Assembly (NCBI GenBank): GCA_964016885.1
Contig: OZ024741.1
Coordinates: 349,122,001 to 349,186,000, forward strand
DNA from: Eledone cirrhosa
Lineage: Eukaryota
Reading direction: 5' to 3'
Length of the DNA: 64,000 nucleotides
Shown: one piece after another, positions 1 to 14,286 of the stretch
Layout of the letters: the number at the start of each line of letters is the position of its first letter
Numbering within the stretch: the first letter of the stretch is position 1
Made by a program: the position numbers and the translations under genes
The notes under the pieces: generated by a model
Databases searched by the model: none
What the model was told of the DNA's origin: nothing
The model's input: only the letters and a program-made list of their open reading frames with translations

Positions 1-149
1 TATAGGCAGCTTCCCCTTATTTGTCTTTTTATTTATATTCTAATATTTATATTTTTACATAGATTTTTATGTAATATATACTAATTTTAATGTCCAAATA
101 TATTGTATAATATTTACCCCACCCCGGAAATATTTACATACCTATTTAT

Positions 150-1060
<911 letters not shown>

Positions 1061-1109
1061 TTATATACATGTATGTGTGTACAGTTACGTTTACATAGAT
1101 AAAAATGTA

Positions 1110-1740
1110 TGTACGAGACGGCTTCTGGCAGAATCATTAGAATGTGGGGTTAAAATATCCTGAGCTATTTTTTCCGGCACTTTACTTTCTGATTTCAACT
1201 CCCGTATTTGCCTTCAGTTCCTCTGGTATTTCAGATATTTCAAATTATCCAATATATGCTTTGATGTCCATGAAATATTTCATCATTAATTTTGCTAACA
1301 GATGTGTATTTAGGCAAATTAGACTGGTCAGTTCAAATAACTTCCTTTTTTATTTGATATAAAACGCCAGTTCTTCCTTGTTTCCGAGTATATATTTCAT
1401 TGTTTTCAATCTTTTCATCCATGCCGATGCCTCTGATGGCTGACAAGGGAAATTTTTGCAAAGAAACATTCTCGTACATATCATAGCTGATAGTTAGGGG
1501 ATGCCTTGTTTGGAGTTTGAGAATTTTTCGTCGCAGTCTTTTTATCATGCTTGGTTCTCCTGTTATTTTCTTGACAATGTTCTACACCGATTTGTCTTCT
1601 TGCAACATATGGTATAAATAGATATAAGCTATCAGTGTCCCTGTTTTTAAAAAAGGGAGTATTTCTTATCTGATGGCCGCCAAACAGAAGTAAAAAAATA
1701 TCAAGATAATCCAATAATTTTCTAGGGATTAACAATGCAA
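1110..1740 (-). mobile_element. Possible heavily decayed BEL/Pao LTR-retrotransposon pol fragment (RNase H-integrase linker)
   Basis: Broken minus-strand frames give 'IKRLRRKILK..HPLT', 'QKFP..MDEK..KQGR' and 'LNTHLLAKLMMKYF', in the order seen in Pao pol. Many stops; recognised by eye only. Confidence 0.3.
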
Positions 1741-1827
1741 TAGACTTTCAGAACTATCAGTCACTTAACACTATTAAAACAAGGACAACCGGTGCATAAA
1801 ATTATTGATTAATAAATTAATTGTTAG

Positions 1828-2045
1828 TAATGGTTTGTAATTTAAGCATAAGGCCTGCAATTTGTGGGGAGGAAGAATCAATTAACTTGAATGCAGTAGT
1901 TGACTGCTACTTTATTTTATCGACCTCGCAATTATGAAAGGCGAAGTTGACCTCGGTGAGATTTGACCTCAGAATGTACAAATTCGTAAATAGATACCAC
2001 AAAGAATTTTGTCAGATTTTTTACCGATGGTGCCAATCTACCGAG
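1828..2045 (-). mobile_element. tRNA-like SINE, diverged copy
   Basis: Core 'tactttattttatcgacc..atgaaaggcgaagttgacctcgg..atttgacctcagaa' shared with the other SINE copies in the window. Confidence 0.7.
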
Positions 2046-2354
2046 CTCAGATGTGAGAGCGGAGGACTGAAGTGTTGTTAATAATAGCGTTAATAATGGA
2101 ATGTTAAAAATTTCCTAGACAGCTCTTGATGAATAACAGAAGATGAATGCTATATATCTGTGCAGCTTCTAAGAAGGTAATTTTTTTTTAAGTCTATGAC
2201 ACGGATGTGTATGGCTGGCTCTCCAATTTCGATTTAATGGTAGATATATCAATCCGCTTCTTGCAAAATCTTCGTATACATACACACTTTCTCTCTCTCT
2301 CTCTCTTTATATACATATATATATATAGATAGATAGAGAGAGAGAGAGAGAGAA

Positions 2355-2442
<88 letters not shown>

Positions 2443-3219
2443 CCTGTGTGTTTACATGTATGCAAATAGTATGTGCGGCATTTGTCCCGGCTTACTATTT
2501 AAAGTGAATTTTACCTTTCATCCGGTCGAGTTCGATAAAGAAAGTTCTCATCCAGTATTTGGGTCTATTCTTCCTGTTTCTTTCTCTTGTTTTGACCAAG
2601 TTCTGACCTCCGTGAGGTTTAAATACCAAACAGACGCCATTTGATATGATGACACTCTGGCGACTGCATTTGGTGTTAAGGTTAATGACTGCATATATAT
2701 ATGTATATATATATAATTCGGTTAGCTCAATAGATATGGTTGAATCTAAAGGTTTCCAGACGTTCTTGGCACTTGTTTCATCAGTCAACCATATATTTAT
2801 ACTCCACACTCCGTTACTTGTACTTTTTCTACCGCTTTTTACTGCTGGTGTGCTGATACAGACTGGCACAGACACAGACACACACATATATGCATACAAA
2901 TGCATAACAGGCACGCCAACACACATATAAATATATATGTGCTTGTGTGTGGGGGGGGGTTCTATCTGTAGATTGAATGCCTTTCATCAAAAATTAGATC
3001 GTTCAAGTCTATCTGGGGGTTAAAAATCTTAATAATGTCAACAACAAGAAAGTCTCTACCTACAGAACTGCATTCCCGAACACTGAAAATGACCCAAGTA
3101 CCAGAGAAACGTCCAGTGAAATCTGTATGGTTAAAATAACAGCAATGTATCTATAATGAAACAGCAGTGTGTGGAATCGGTAGATTCCTCAGAACACCGA
3201 ACATTATATATATATATAA

Positions 3220-3252
<33 letters not shown>

Positions 3253-3524
3253 TATAGCTTGTCGGTGAGTATCAGCATATTTCTGTTTTATTATTCTATA
3301 ATTTTAAGCGAAACGGATATTCACTATTAAAAATGTTTATTAATACCATCTTTTTTTTAATCGCGTAATTTTCTGCATGCTTATATTATAAATGTGAGTT
3401 CGAAGTTTCCATTTGACATATTTTATTCGTAATAATGCGTAACATCTCGGAGACTTCATCGATTACAAGATCGATAGCCTCACCAGAGGCACAGGAGGCC
3501 AGTAACTTAGTGAATAATTAACCC

Positions 3525-3620
3525 CGTAAGATGTAACCCAGTACAACTTGTCACATGGTCACTCCATCGGTGACTAAGCCAGAAAACTCACCAAGCTTTG
3601 TTGGTTAGGAGGGTGATAAA
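3525..3620 (+). mobile_element. Old fragment homologous to the 5' end of the RTE-derived element at 5770-7031
   Basis: 'gtaacccagtacaacttgtcacatggtcac..gtgactaagccag..caccaag..ggagggtga' aligns with the reverse complement of 6262-6355. Confidence 0.55.
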
Positions 3621-3689
3621 TGTACACACCTAAATTCACATATGTAAAATGTTTTATTATATATTTATGAATCCAAAATCTGTCTCTGT

Positions 3690-4160
3690 GTTGAATACTG
3701 TTGCCATATCTGGTCTTGAGAGCCTAGATAAGATGCAAAGACGAATCGCCAACATTATTGGTCCTGACTTGTCAGCTTCAATAACTATCACGCCGTTGAA
3801 ATGTTGCCTCTCTTTGCATTTTTCATATATGTTTTCATGAGAATTTTTCTGCTGAGATTTCTTCTTTATTGCCGCGTCTTCGCGAGTTTAAAATGAGTAC
3901 CTGATTGGCGGCTCGGTCTTATCTTTTTAAGGTTGAAGTTCCTAAATGCAAATATCATTCTAATAGTTTCGTCCCTCACACATCTCGCCTAGGGAATTCT
4001 CTTGTTTTCCTGAATACTACAATTTGTAAAAATCAAAAAGCAACATAACTTGTCATCTTCTCTATCCTGGAATTATGTCCTCTCTGTCTTCTCCTTCACT
4101 CTTCTTCTCGCTAACACCTAGCATATTAATGGCCTTATTGACTTCTTTGGGGTGTGCAAG
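3690..4160 (+). mobile_element. CR1/Jockey-group LINE 3' fragment, degenerate
   Basis: Pseudo-translation 'EYCCHIW..LDKMQRRIANIIGPDLSA..SHR*NVASLC..NSFVPHTSRLGNSL..FPEYYNL' matches the typical RT C-terminal region. Confidence 0.65.
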
Positions 4161-4191
4161 AAAACGAAATGTATGACATATGTGAAATAAT

Positions 4192-4379
4192 TGTTTCTGC
4201 TTTTGGCACAAGGTCAGCAATTATCCCAGTGTATTACTGGTACTTTATTTTATCGACCCCGTAAGGATGAAAGGAAAAGTTAACCTCGGCTGGATTTGAA
4301 TTCAGATCGTAAGGGACCGTAACTCTATGCTGCAAAGCATGGCGTCCCTCTCTTTACCGATACTGCCAATCCACATCGC
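4192..4379 (-). mobile_element. tRNA-like SINE with TSD GAAATAAT
   Basis: Minus strand shows A-box-like TGGCAGTATCGG, B-box-like GAATTCAAATCC and tail CCTTGTGCCAAAAGCAGAAACA-ATTATT. TSD at 4184-4191 and 4380-4387. Confidence 0.85.
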
Positions 4380-4774
4380 GAAATAATCAAAGAAAAATGC
4401 ATATGGAGTGTAAAGCCCGGACAATGGATGGTTTGAAGTGGGAGAGGGGGGACTTTTATTTCAAGGGTGGATAACTGGCCTGTAGAATCCTCCTAAATAT
4501 TTAAGAATAATTCGGAATTTTAAGACCATTATTATAGTATCGTTGTCTATTTTAATGTAAACAATGTTACTTTTACCCGTCCGACTTCTTGTTGCCTGCG
4601 TCTCCCTCACTCACCCACTCTCCCTCTCTCTCACTCTCTCTTCTCTATCTATCCACCAATCTCACTCGTTCTCTATCTGTTAATTCACTTAGTATTTCTA
4701 CTGTCATATTTCTTCCTCGTTTGTTCTTGTTTGATCTTTATCTCTCTTTCTCTTTCCGTTTTTTACTGTGACTC

Positions 4775-4835
<61 letters not shown>

Positions 4836-4840
4836 TCTTT

Positions 4841-4872
<32 letters not shown>

Positions 4873-5428
4873 CGTCTCTTTCTTTCTCTCTCTTTCACTC
4901 TCTCTCTTTCGGCACAACAGCTGAGCGTATATAAGGAAGAGGAAGAGAAGCTAGTTATTAAAGCCTTATAACTGAGAATGAGGCGCCAGAGAAAGGGTGA
5001 TAGCTAGATTGCAAGCGACAGAGAGTGGGGCAAACAGATAGATAATAAAGTGAGAGATTTGATATTATATTACGCTCAGAAAAATAAATATGTATACCAA
5101 GATATAAAGATTATTATATTAAATGTGTATGTGCAGAGGAAGAGAGATAGCTGCTTATGGTTGATATCATTTATGGTCTTAAAATATATAAATGATACGC
5201 AATTATATGAGTATTTCTGTATTTATATGTCTGTATCCTTTGCTAGGTCTGAGATGCCATATTTAACACAACTTACATACATACATAGACACATACATAC
5301 ATATATACATATATACATATATACATACAAGCATACATACATACTTGCATAGATACAAATATATATATATATATATGCATATATACATATATGTGTGTGT
5401 ATATATATATATATATAAATATATATAC

Positions 5429-5624
<196 letters not shown>

Positions 5625-5769
5625 TTATATACACATATTCTCCGCCCTCGCAGATACAAGATTACAAGTTGATGTTAACATATACAACAATTACCAACAA
5701 ATCAAAACACGAACCTCATCGAAAATAGCATTAACATCCACATATGTATACATATATACAAACATGTAT

Positions 5770-6378
5770 GGTGGCTGCCAACTCGTTTTCGAGTACGGCC
5801 ACTACTTTATATGTAGGAGAACCCCTACCGATGCGCTGAACGAGTGTGAATTTTTAGTCCAGCCAGCGACTTGAAAACTCTGGTAAGTACAAACGCTACA
5901 CTTGTGACAATTATTGACACATAGTGCTGGGCCCATGGTACCATGTGATGACAAGTGCAGAGAGATCTCCAGATATAAAGCAATGCTTGTGCCGTGAAGC
6001 TTTTATAGTGAGGAAAGGCACTGCACAAAGCCAGTCCCACTCTCTTAACCAAGATGATATTTACCAAAAAGAAGAACAAGTCAACATCATTGGATACCAT
6101 CAGAGTTGCAGGTGTTATATCAGAGTTTTCCTTCTCCTAGAATTCTGCCTTGACAAAGGCTAAGGGGTCATCTCTCCCGGTGATTTTGGATGGCCATTGA
6201 CTCATAAGAGCTCCTTTGCACTTTGACAGGTTTTGTTTTTAGTCCTGCAGGATGTCCAAAGTCACCCTCCTCACCAAGAAACCTTGGTGGGGTTGCCAGT
6301 TTAGTCGCCAACGACTCGACCATGAGACAGGTTGTACTGGGATACATGTTACCAGTAGCACCAACTGGTGACCTGACA
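5770..6378 (-). mobile_element. RTE-derived non-autonomous retroelement, copy 1 of a tandem pair
   Basis: Contains the RTE 5'UTR-type motif 'aaggcagaattctaggagaaggaaaactctgatataacacc' and ends 'ccgtactcgaaaacgagttggcagccacc' plus a TATG-like tail; non-coding. Confidence 0.7.
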
Positions 6379-6422
6379 AAGATGTATGCATACATATATA
6401 CGTACATATATACATACATGGT

Positions 6423-7031
6423 GGTGGCTGCCAACTCGTTTTCGAGTACAGCCACTACTTTATATCCATGTAGGAGAACCCCTACCGATGCGCTGAACGA
6501 GTGTGACTTTTTAGTCCAGCCAGCGACTTGAAAACTCTGGTACAAACACTACACTTGTGACAGTTATTGACACATAGTGCTGGGCCCATGGTACCATGTG
6601 ACGACAAGTGCAGAGAGATCTCCAGATATAAAGCAATGCCTGTGCCGTGAAGCTTTTATAGTGAGCAAAGGCACTGCACAAAGCCAGTCCCACTCTCTTA
6701 ACCAAGATGATATTTACCAAAAAGAATCACAAGTCAACATCATTGGATACCATCAGGGTTGCAGGTGTTATATCAGAGTTTTCCTTCTCCTAGAATTCTG
6801 CCTTGACAAAGGCTAAGGGGTCATCTCTCTCGGTGATTTTGGATGGCTATTGACTCTTAAGAGCTCCTTTGCCCTTTGACAGGTTTTGTTTTTAGTCCTG
6901 CAGGATGTCCAAAGCCACCCTCCTCACCAATAAACCTTGGTGGGGTTGCCAGTTTAGTCGCCAACGACCCGACCATGAGACAGGTTGTACTGGGATGCAT
7001 GTTACCAGTAGCACCAACTGGTGACCTGACA
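6423..7031 (-). mobile_element. RTE-derived non-autonomous retroelement, copy 2 (head-to-tail with copy 1)
   Basis: Near-identical to 5770-6378 and separated from it by a degenerate (TACA)n tract. Confidence 0.7.
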
Positions 7032-7151
7032 TATACATATATATATACGTACATATATACATACATGCACTAATACATGTACATATAAACATATTTAATG
7101 CCAATGTATATATATATATACATATATTTATTTATACTCGTGCGCACACAA

Positions 7152-7230
<79 letters not shown>

Positions 7231-7297
7231 CATACATACATATGTACATACATGCTTACATATAAACATATTTAATGCCAATGTAGATATATGTATA

Positions 7298-7340
<43 letters not shown>

Positions 7341-7342
<2 letters not shown>

Positions 7343-7713
7343 GATATTAACAAATGGAAACTATATTTATAAAACCATATTTATTTCATTATACATATTT
7401 CAAGGATACCAAGTTAAATTAAGGTATGCCTTCATCAGACAAAATACAATATATACCAGTTTTATAAATAAACATTGACGTACCCTTTCAAAATGCAACC
7501 GTTACTTTTGGAAGACATCAGGATAGTCTATCCTGGTGTCTTCCAAAAGTAACGGTTGCATTTTGAAAGGGTACGTCAATGTTTATTTATAAAACTGGTA
7601 TATATTGTATTTTGTCTGATGAAGGCATACCATAATTTAACTTGGTATCCTTGAAATATGTATAATGAAATAAATATGGTTTTATAAATATAGTTTCCAT
7701 TTGTTAATATCGT
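7341..7713. repeat. Near-perfect 373-bp palindrome (186-bp arms, 1-nt loop at 7527) containing two mirror-image hammerhead motifs
   Basis: Arms read as reverse complements with about two mismatches; centre is ggatag-t-ctatcc. Confidence 0.95.
7608..7672 (+). ncRNA. Type I hammerhead ribozyme motif, Penelope pLTR type (mirror copy at 7382-7446 on -)
   Basis: tattttgt-CTGATGA-aggcatacca..tggtatcctt-GAAA-tatgta-TA-atgaaata: stems I and II plus a quasi-palindromic stem III. Confidence 0.7.
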
Positions 7714-8012
7714 ATATCTACTCCAAATATTTGTCGAGTGCTTTATATCAGTTATAAAAATATTTGTTTGTTGTATCCCAACAATTTAATTAGAACTTTT
7801 GCATGTATATATATATATATGTGTGTGTGTGTATATATATATATATAAATAAATATATATAAACACATAAATATATTTATTTATTTATACGCACACACAT
7901 AAATATATATATAAATATATACACTCATGCATACATACACAAATATACATATATACATAGATACATATATACATAGATGCCTAAATATAAACATATTTAA
8001 TGCCAATGTAGA

Positions 8013-8081
<69 letters not shown>

Positions 8082-8758
8082 GTGTATGTGTGTGCGTGTG
8101 TTTGTGTCTCTGTGTGTGTATATATAACAAATATCTACATATTCGTTAATTTTACACAAATTGTTATGATACCCTTTCGTCTATATTACTTCCAGTGAAC
8201 AAGAATAAAAAACAAACGCAGCCAACCAAACCACACACGTGCTTTAATCTTTATTCATATCACTCATCTTTTCTTCTTTACACTTTGACACACACACAAA
8301 CACACACACACACATACTTCCACACTTACCCAAACTCACACACACACAGATACCTTTCACCTTCTAATCCCACCCTAGAAGACACATATACTTAGCCCCC
8401 ACCTAAAAAACAAACATACTTATATAGCCCTTAACGTACGCTTCTTATCTCTCTAAGCCGCCCACGCGTATTTTCACATTACGCTTTTTCTTAATATTCT
8501 TTTTAATGTTACGATTATTAATTCTACGTAAGCACATACACATTCATATATATATATATATATATATATATACGCGCGTGTGTGTGTATGACTGTGTGTG
8601 TATGTTTGTCTGTGTGTATATGTATACACATATGTATATATACAGACATATATAGACACACACGCACACACATGTATACACATACATACACATAAAAACA
8701 CACGTACACACGGTGGAGTGAATGTACGCATACATCTCTCTCTCTCTCTCTCACACGC

Positions 8759-8803
<45 letters not shown>

Positions 8804-8876
8804 CCAAAAGTTAAACATAGCTGCCAAGACTGGAATTGAACCATCAGCACAGTTGTGGTATGTCATACATCAATTT

Positions 8877-8948
8877 ATATATTTTATCTGATGAGGACGT
8901 ACTGAGGAAACAGCACAGTACCTCCGAAATATATATTATAAAATATAT
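8877..8948 (+). ncRNA. Type I hammerhead ribozyme motif, Penelope pLTR type
   Basis: atatattttat-CTGATGA-ggacgtactg..cagtacctcc-GAAA-tatata-TT-ataaaatatat: 11-bp stem I, about 10-bp stem II, palindromic ATATATAT stem III. Confidence 0.8.
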
Positions 8949-9002
8949 TTGATTACATTAATGTCTATATTTATTAATATATATATATATATATATATAT
9001 AT

Positions 9003-9135
9003 CTAGGGCGGGTAAAATTCCCGAGATCCATGGACGAGTTCTCTCCAGCGGCCTCTGTCCCTCATCATCACTGCCATATCCTGCGTCTCCAAGAGACCGG
9101 CGTCTGTCCTTAGAGTATCAACATATGTCAACCTA
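9003..9135 (-). mobile_element. RTE LINE extreme 3' end inserted in (TA)n
   Basis: '[38 protein letters not shown]' is a typical RTE ORF C-terminus. Confidence 0.8.
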
Positions 9136-9170
9136 TATATATCTATATATCTATACATATACGTACATAC

Positions 9171-9261
<91 letters not shown>

Positions 9262-9263
9262 CG

Positions 9264-9370
<107 letters not shown>

Positions 9371-9512
9371 TTTCTGAATTTGTTTAGCAAGATTCTTCAT
9401 GTGAAAACGTGTGTTGAAATCGATATTGTTATACTTTGGGAGGGTCATGTTGCCAATAAGAAACACGGTGGTGCGTGTGTTTCTTATTGGCAACATGACC
9501 CTCCCAAAGTAT

Positions 9513-9558
<46 letters not shown>

Positions 9559-9562
<4 letters not shown>

Positions 9563-9689
9563 CAAGAAAGAAGAGTGACATGGTTTGCTATACAATAAGG
9601 GCTTTATTCACAAAAAGCCCTTATTGTATATTAAATGTGAATAAAGCCCTTATTGTATAGCAAACCATGTCACTCTTCTTTCTTGATTT
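9559..9689. repeat. Inverted repeat (about 53-bp arms) beginning at a (TA)n edge, with an extra partial arm in the spacer
   Basis: aaatcaagaaagaagagtgacatgg..ttcaca pairs with tgtgaa..ccatgtcactcttctttcttgattt. Confidence 0.9.
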
Positions 9690-9859
9690 ACTATTTCTCC
9701 AAGTGTAAACTACATAGAAATCACCGCGTACTCGCAGCATCACTATGGAAACGTCTTGTTGAGTCACACTTAGCCAAGCGTCAGTACTATCCACTACTCG
9801 GAGTACCCTAACTGGACTACATCTAAGTGGACTACCTATAACAATAATTTGTTATCCCG

Positions 9860-9897
<38 letters not shown>

Positions 9898-10224
9898 GAG
9901 AGAGAGAGTGAGAGAAAGTGAGAGTAGGGTAGAGTAAGCGACAGAGCGACACACATTATGACACACACATATACACGTACAAATTAGAGGGGTTTTAAGC
10001 TTGCTTTGTTTCAATGCCCTGTACAGTGTTACAAGATATATCCTTAGATTTTCAACCAATGCTCAATGTATTTAAAGATGTAAACAATCTGCCTTTATAT
10101 ACAATATTTTCATTGTAAGAGGAACAATATACTGCCCTAGTTTCAATCTCTTCCTATACATTCTTCCGAAATTGATAATCGTCTTTTAAGGTCCACGTAC
10201 TAATGGCTTCTGATTTAGACCCAA

Positions 10225-10427
10225 GTCCAGCATTTTTTTTTGGGGGGGGGGGGGGTTAAATCGACCCCAGTAAGTTACTGGTAATTTATTTTATCGATCC
10301 CATAAGCCCATAAGAATGAGAGGCAAAGTTAGCCTCGGCGGGATTTGAACTCAGAATTTAAAGGGCCATAACTCCCTGCCGCAAAGCAAGGTGTCTGACG
10401 CTCTACCGATACTGTAAATCCACCGCC
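10225..10427 (-). mobile_element. tRNA-like SINE
   Basis: Head GGCGGTGGATTTACAGTATCGGTAGAGCG, B box GAGTTCAAATCCC and the shared family core. Confidence 0.8.
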
Positions 10428-10529
10428 CTAAAGCCCACGTATTAATAAAAACTGAATTATATGAGTAGTTGTATATATTCGGGTTTCGTAGCAGCTAGTT
10501 CGATTAATATATACTTGATGGTTTATATA

Positions 10530-10757
10530 TATAAGCAGGTTGGAAGTCAATGTTGCACCATATATAAACTTTATTGTCATATTACAATCGTTTCAATATC
10601 GATCAGTTAAGGGTGCAATCACAATGCCCGCGCCTAACTTTATCACGACATCTCATCAGATATACGACTTTATGTGAGCTGATAGATATTGAAACGATTG
10701 TAATAGTCAAATAAAGCTTATATATATGGCGCAACATTGACATTGATCCTGCTTACA
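10530..10757. repeat. Imperfect fold-back element (about 75-bp arms) containing a hammerhead motif
   Basis: 'gtcaatgttgcaccatatata..ttacaatcgtttcaatatc' is mirrored by 'gatattgaaacgattgtaa..tatatatggcgcaacattgac'. Confidence 0.8.
10576..10668 (-). ncRNA. Hammerhead ribozyme motif with long loop II
   Basis: Minus strand: gtcgtatat-CTGATGA-gatgtcg..cgatatt-GAAA-cgattg-TA-atatgac. Confidence 0.6.
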
Positions 10758-10907
10758 TTTATTTACACTCTGACCACTACAGATGACTTAACCCTGGAAT
10801 AGAAACCAACACGAGACGGATCATTGTTACAACATCGATTGCTTAGTACAGCAAACCACCTGTACCTATATTTACTCATTTGCCTAACACGCACACACAC
10901 GCACGCG

Positions 10908-11428
<521 letters not shown>

Positions 11429-11609
11429 CAGAGTATTGAAGTTTGCTTGAAGCATTGTGGAATAATAAGGTAAATTTCTTTAAGTCGTTTGGAAGCCTCG
11501 ACAATGCAAATGGGTAAATCTCCGGGTAACAAGATCCGGTGGTGGAGAGAGAGGTGTAAGTGGGTGTACGTTGAGATGCGTGGCGTGTATAAGACGTGTA
11601 GAGGAATGA

Positions 11610-11826
11610 AGGAAAGAGCATAAAGGATAAAATTAAAATAACAACACGTGTATAACGAACAGCGGAAGTCGCGTTTCACACCTTTCCGACAGACAACCTT
11701 TCCCCCACCCCGGAAAAAAAACCCAGTTGATGGATGTGAATCCGAAATATATAGGGACAATTAAATCTCTCCCAAGGTAACTCTCTCTCGTGTTGTTATC
11801 TTTATTTTATCCTTTATGCTCTTTCC
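11610..11826. repeat. Inverted repeat, about 38-bp arms
   Basis: ggaaagagcataaaggataaaattaaaataacaacacg pairs with cgtgttgttatctttattttatcctttatgctctttcc. Confidence 0.8.
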
Positions 11827-11878
11827 ATTTATATATATATAATATATAAGATCAAAAGATGGTTAAAAGAGTTCCATG

Positions 11879-11949
11879 TATTTTATTATGCGCATTTCAA
11901 AAACAAATATCATCATGCAATAATATTTGTGTTTTCATCAGATAAAATA
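11879..11949 (-). ncRNA. Type I hammerhead ribozyme motif, Penelope pLTR type
   Basis: Minus strand: tattttat-CTGATGA-aaacacaaatat..atatttgttttt-GAAA-tgcgca-TA-ataaaata, with perfect stem I and palindromic ATGCGCAT. Confidence 0.8.
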
Positions 11950-12047
11950 GGAGGACATGATATGAAGGTTAAAAAACACTTGTGAATAGTGCAGTTTATA
12001 TATATATATATATATATATCCATATATATATATATATATATATATAT

Positions 12048-12110
<63 letters not shown>

Positions 12111-14103
12111 CTGAGAATGAAGGAGAGTGAGGAAGTTTTTGCCAGACGGTTGCCCAGCAGTGTTTCTGTGTTAAAAAAAAATTTTATAGGATTTACTCAC
12201 TACCTATGCTAATAGACATATACATACATACACACGCGCACACACACAAAGAAGGTGTGGTTTGATACCAGGTAGACCATAACGCACCAAAGTACTCGAT
12301 ACTTAGGTTAGTAGAGTGGGTAATATGAAAAGAGTCAGGACCTCGACGGCTGAGCTCCGGTCATTTCGACAGCTAGATCCGAACGAAGCTAGCAGACTGT
12401 TGACTCCTTTCATATATATACATATACATACATGCATACATATTTATATATATATTTACAATGGTATATTCCAGTTTCACAAATCCTTGTCTTACTACCG
12501 CTGAATGTATTTATATATAAAGACGGGGTATATTCATATATTCATGTAGATAAGTGTTGATAAAATGATGTGGATATATTCCGTGTGCTTTTGTGTGCAT
12601 ATTCGTGTCTATGTATGTGTATACATCTATGTATCGGTTGCTACTGATATGACCTGCTTGAACGAATGTTTAGGGAATCTGCCCCTACGGCCCTTTCGGG
12701 AAGAAGAAGAAGAAGAAGAAGAAGAATAAGAAGAAGTAAGTGTGTATGTGTGTGTATGTGCATGTGTATGTAATATTATATATTTTACCGAATTCGACAG
12801 TTTCAAAGGTGTACAGCCTTATAAGACACATTAGGTGAGCCCTTTATCGAATTATTACTTGCCAGTAACCCAAACCCTCAAATTACTTTTATGACAGGGA
12901 AACTTATTTTCTGAGAATTTTGTGGGGAGCGGTTTGAGTATATGAAGCTATCAACTACGTTATGTCTTATCAAATTTCATCTGATTTTCTATATAGTAAG
13001 AAAAGAATCAAACACTATAAATGAGTAAGTAAAACAAAAATAGATATTCACAGGAGTATATTTGATTAATAAAATAATAGAATCATTGGATCATCTGTTA
13101 GAATGGACAGCGGTATGTGTTTCAGCTCTGAACACTCCGAGTTTAAATTATGTTGAGGTCAACAGAATAAATAAAGTTCTGATCCATCGTAGTAGAATAA
13201 TGACATAATATTTAGTAATTCAGAGGACGTGACTTGCGGTATCTCTCCTGGTGGTTCTTTGCGTCCCGAGTTCAAAATCAACTCACCCAATCCCACTCAT
13301 TTGTACAATACCATCTATAAAGAACTGCACCACAGAAACAAAATGACGAGGAAACGAAACAAATGAAGAGTTAATGTACAGTGTAGGACTTATTAAACTC
13401 ATGTGATCATGGAAACACTTAACGTAAAAATCATAATGGTAATATGAACATAGATACATGCATACATGCATTTGTAATTACATTAACATTTATATTATGA
13501 ATAGTGGAAGTTATATAAACACATAACTAAAAATAGCAATAAACTGTTAGAGAGTCTTTATATAGATTGATTGACTGATAAGTAGAATGACATATAGATA
13601 GAGAGAGGAGCAGAGATTTCATTAGCTGAGGTGCTATAGTGATTCATGGCCCCAAGAATATTGTGCCAATACACTTAAAAACTTATATACACACACAAAC
13701 ACATGCATATATATGTGATACACGGAACCTAAGGCACTTGAATCACTTTGATTCACGTTATTTTTATTGAGATTTATATCTTCCGTTTATAAAAGCAAAC
13801 CTATATAGATTTGTTCATACGTACATTCATATATAGAACATAGATTAATGAAGAGGTAGAATACATAAATACATAAGCACTAATATAAATAACAGAACTA
13901 TAAAAACAGATTGATTATATATAGAAGAAAAATAAATAGATAGGGAAATAAATATATAGATAAATACATTTTTAATAAATATAAGAAGTGGGGGAAGAAA
14001 AATTTTAAGTACAAAAAGGTATGAGTAAATAAGCGGCCAACTTGACGACTATATTTCTTGAAATAACCAAGGTACAAGAGCAAAACGAACGCTAAATGAT
14101 AAT

Positions 14104-14286
14104 TGTTTCTACTTTTTGGCACAAGGCCAGCAATTACCCAGTGCATTACTGGTACTTTATTTTATCGACCCCGTAAGGATGAAAGGCAAAGTTAACATTC
14201 GGCGGAATTTGAACTCAGAATGGCAAGGGCCGTAACTCTATGCGTCAAAGCATGGCGTCCGACCCTCTACCGATACTGCCAATCCA
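14104..14286 (-). mobile_element. tRNA-like SINE with TSD CTAAATGATAAT
   Basis: Full family consensus; TSD at 14092-14103 and 14287-14298. Confidence 0.9.
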
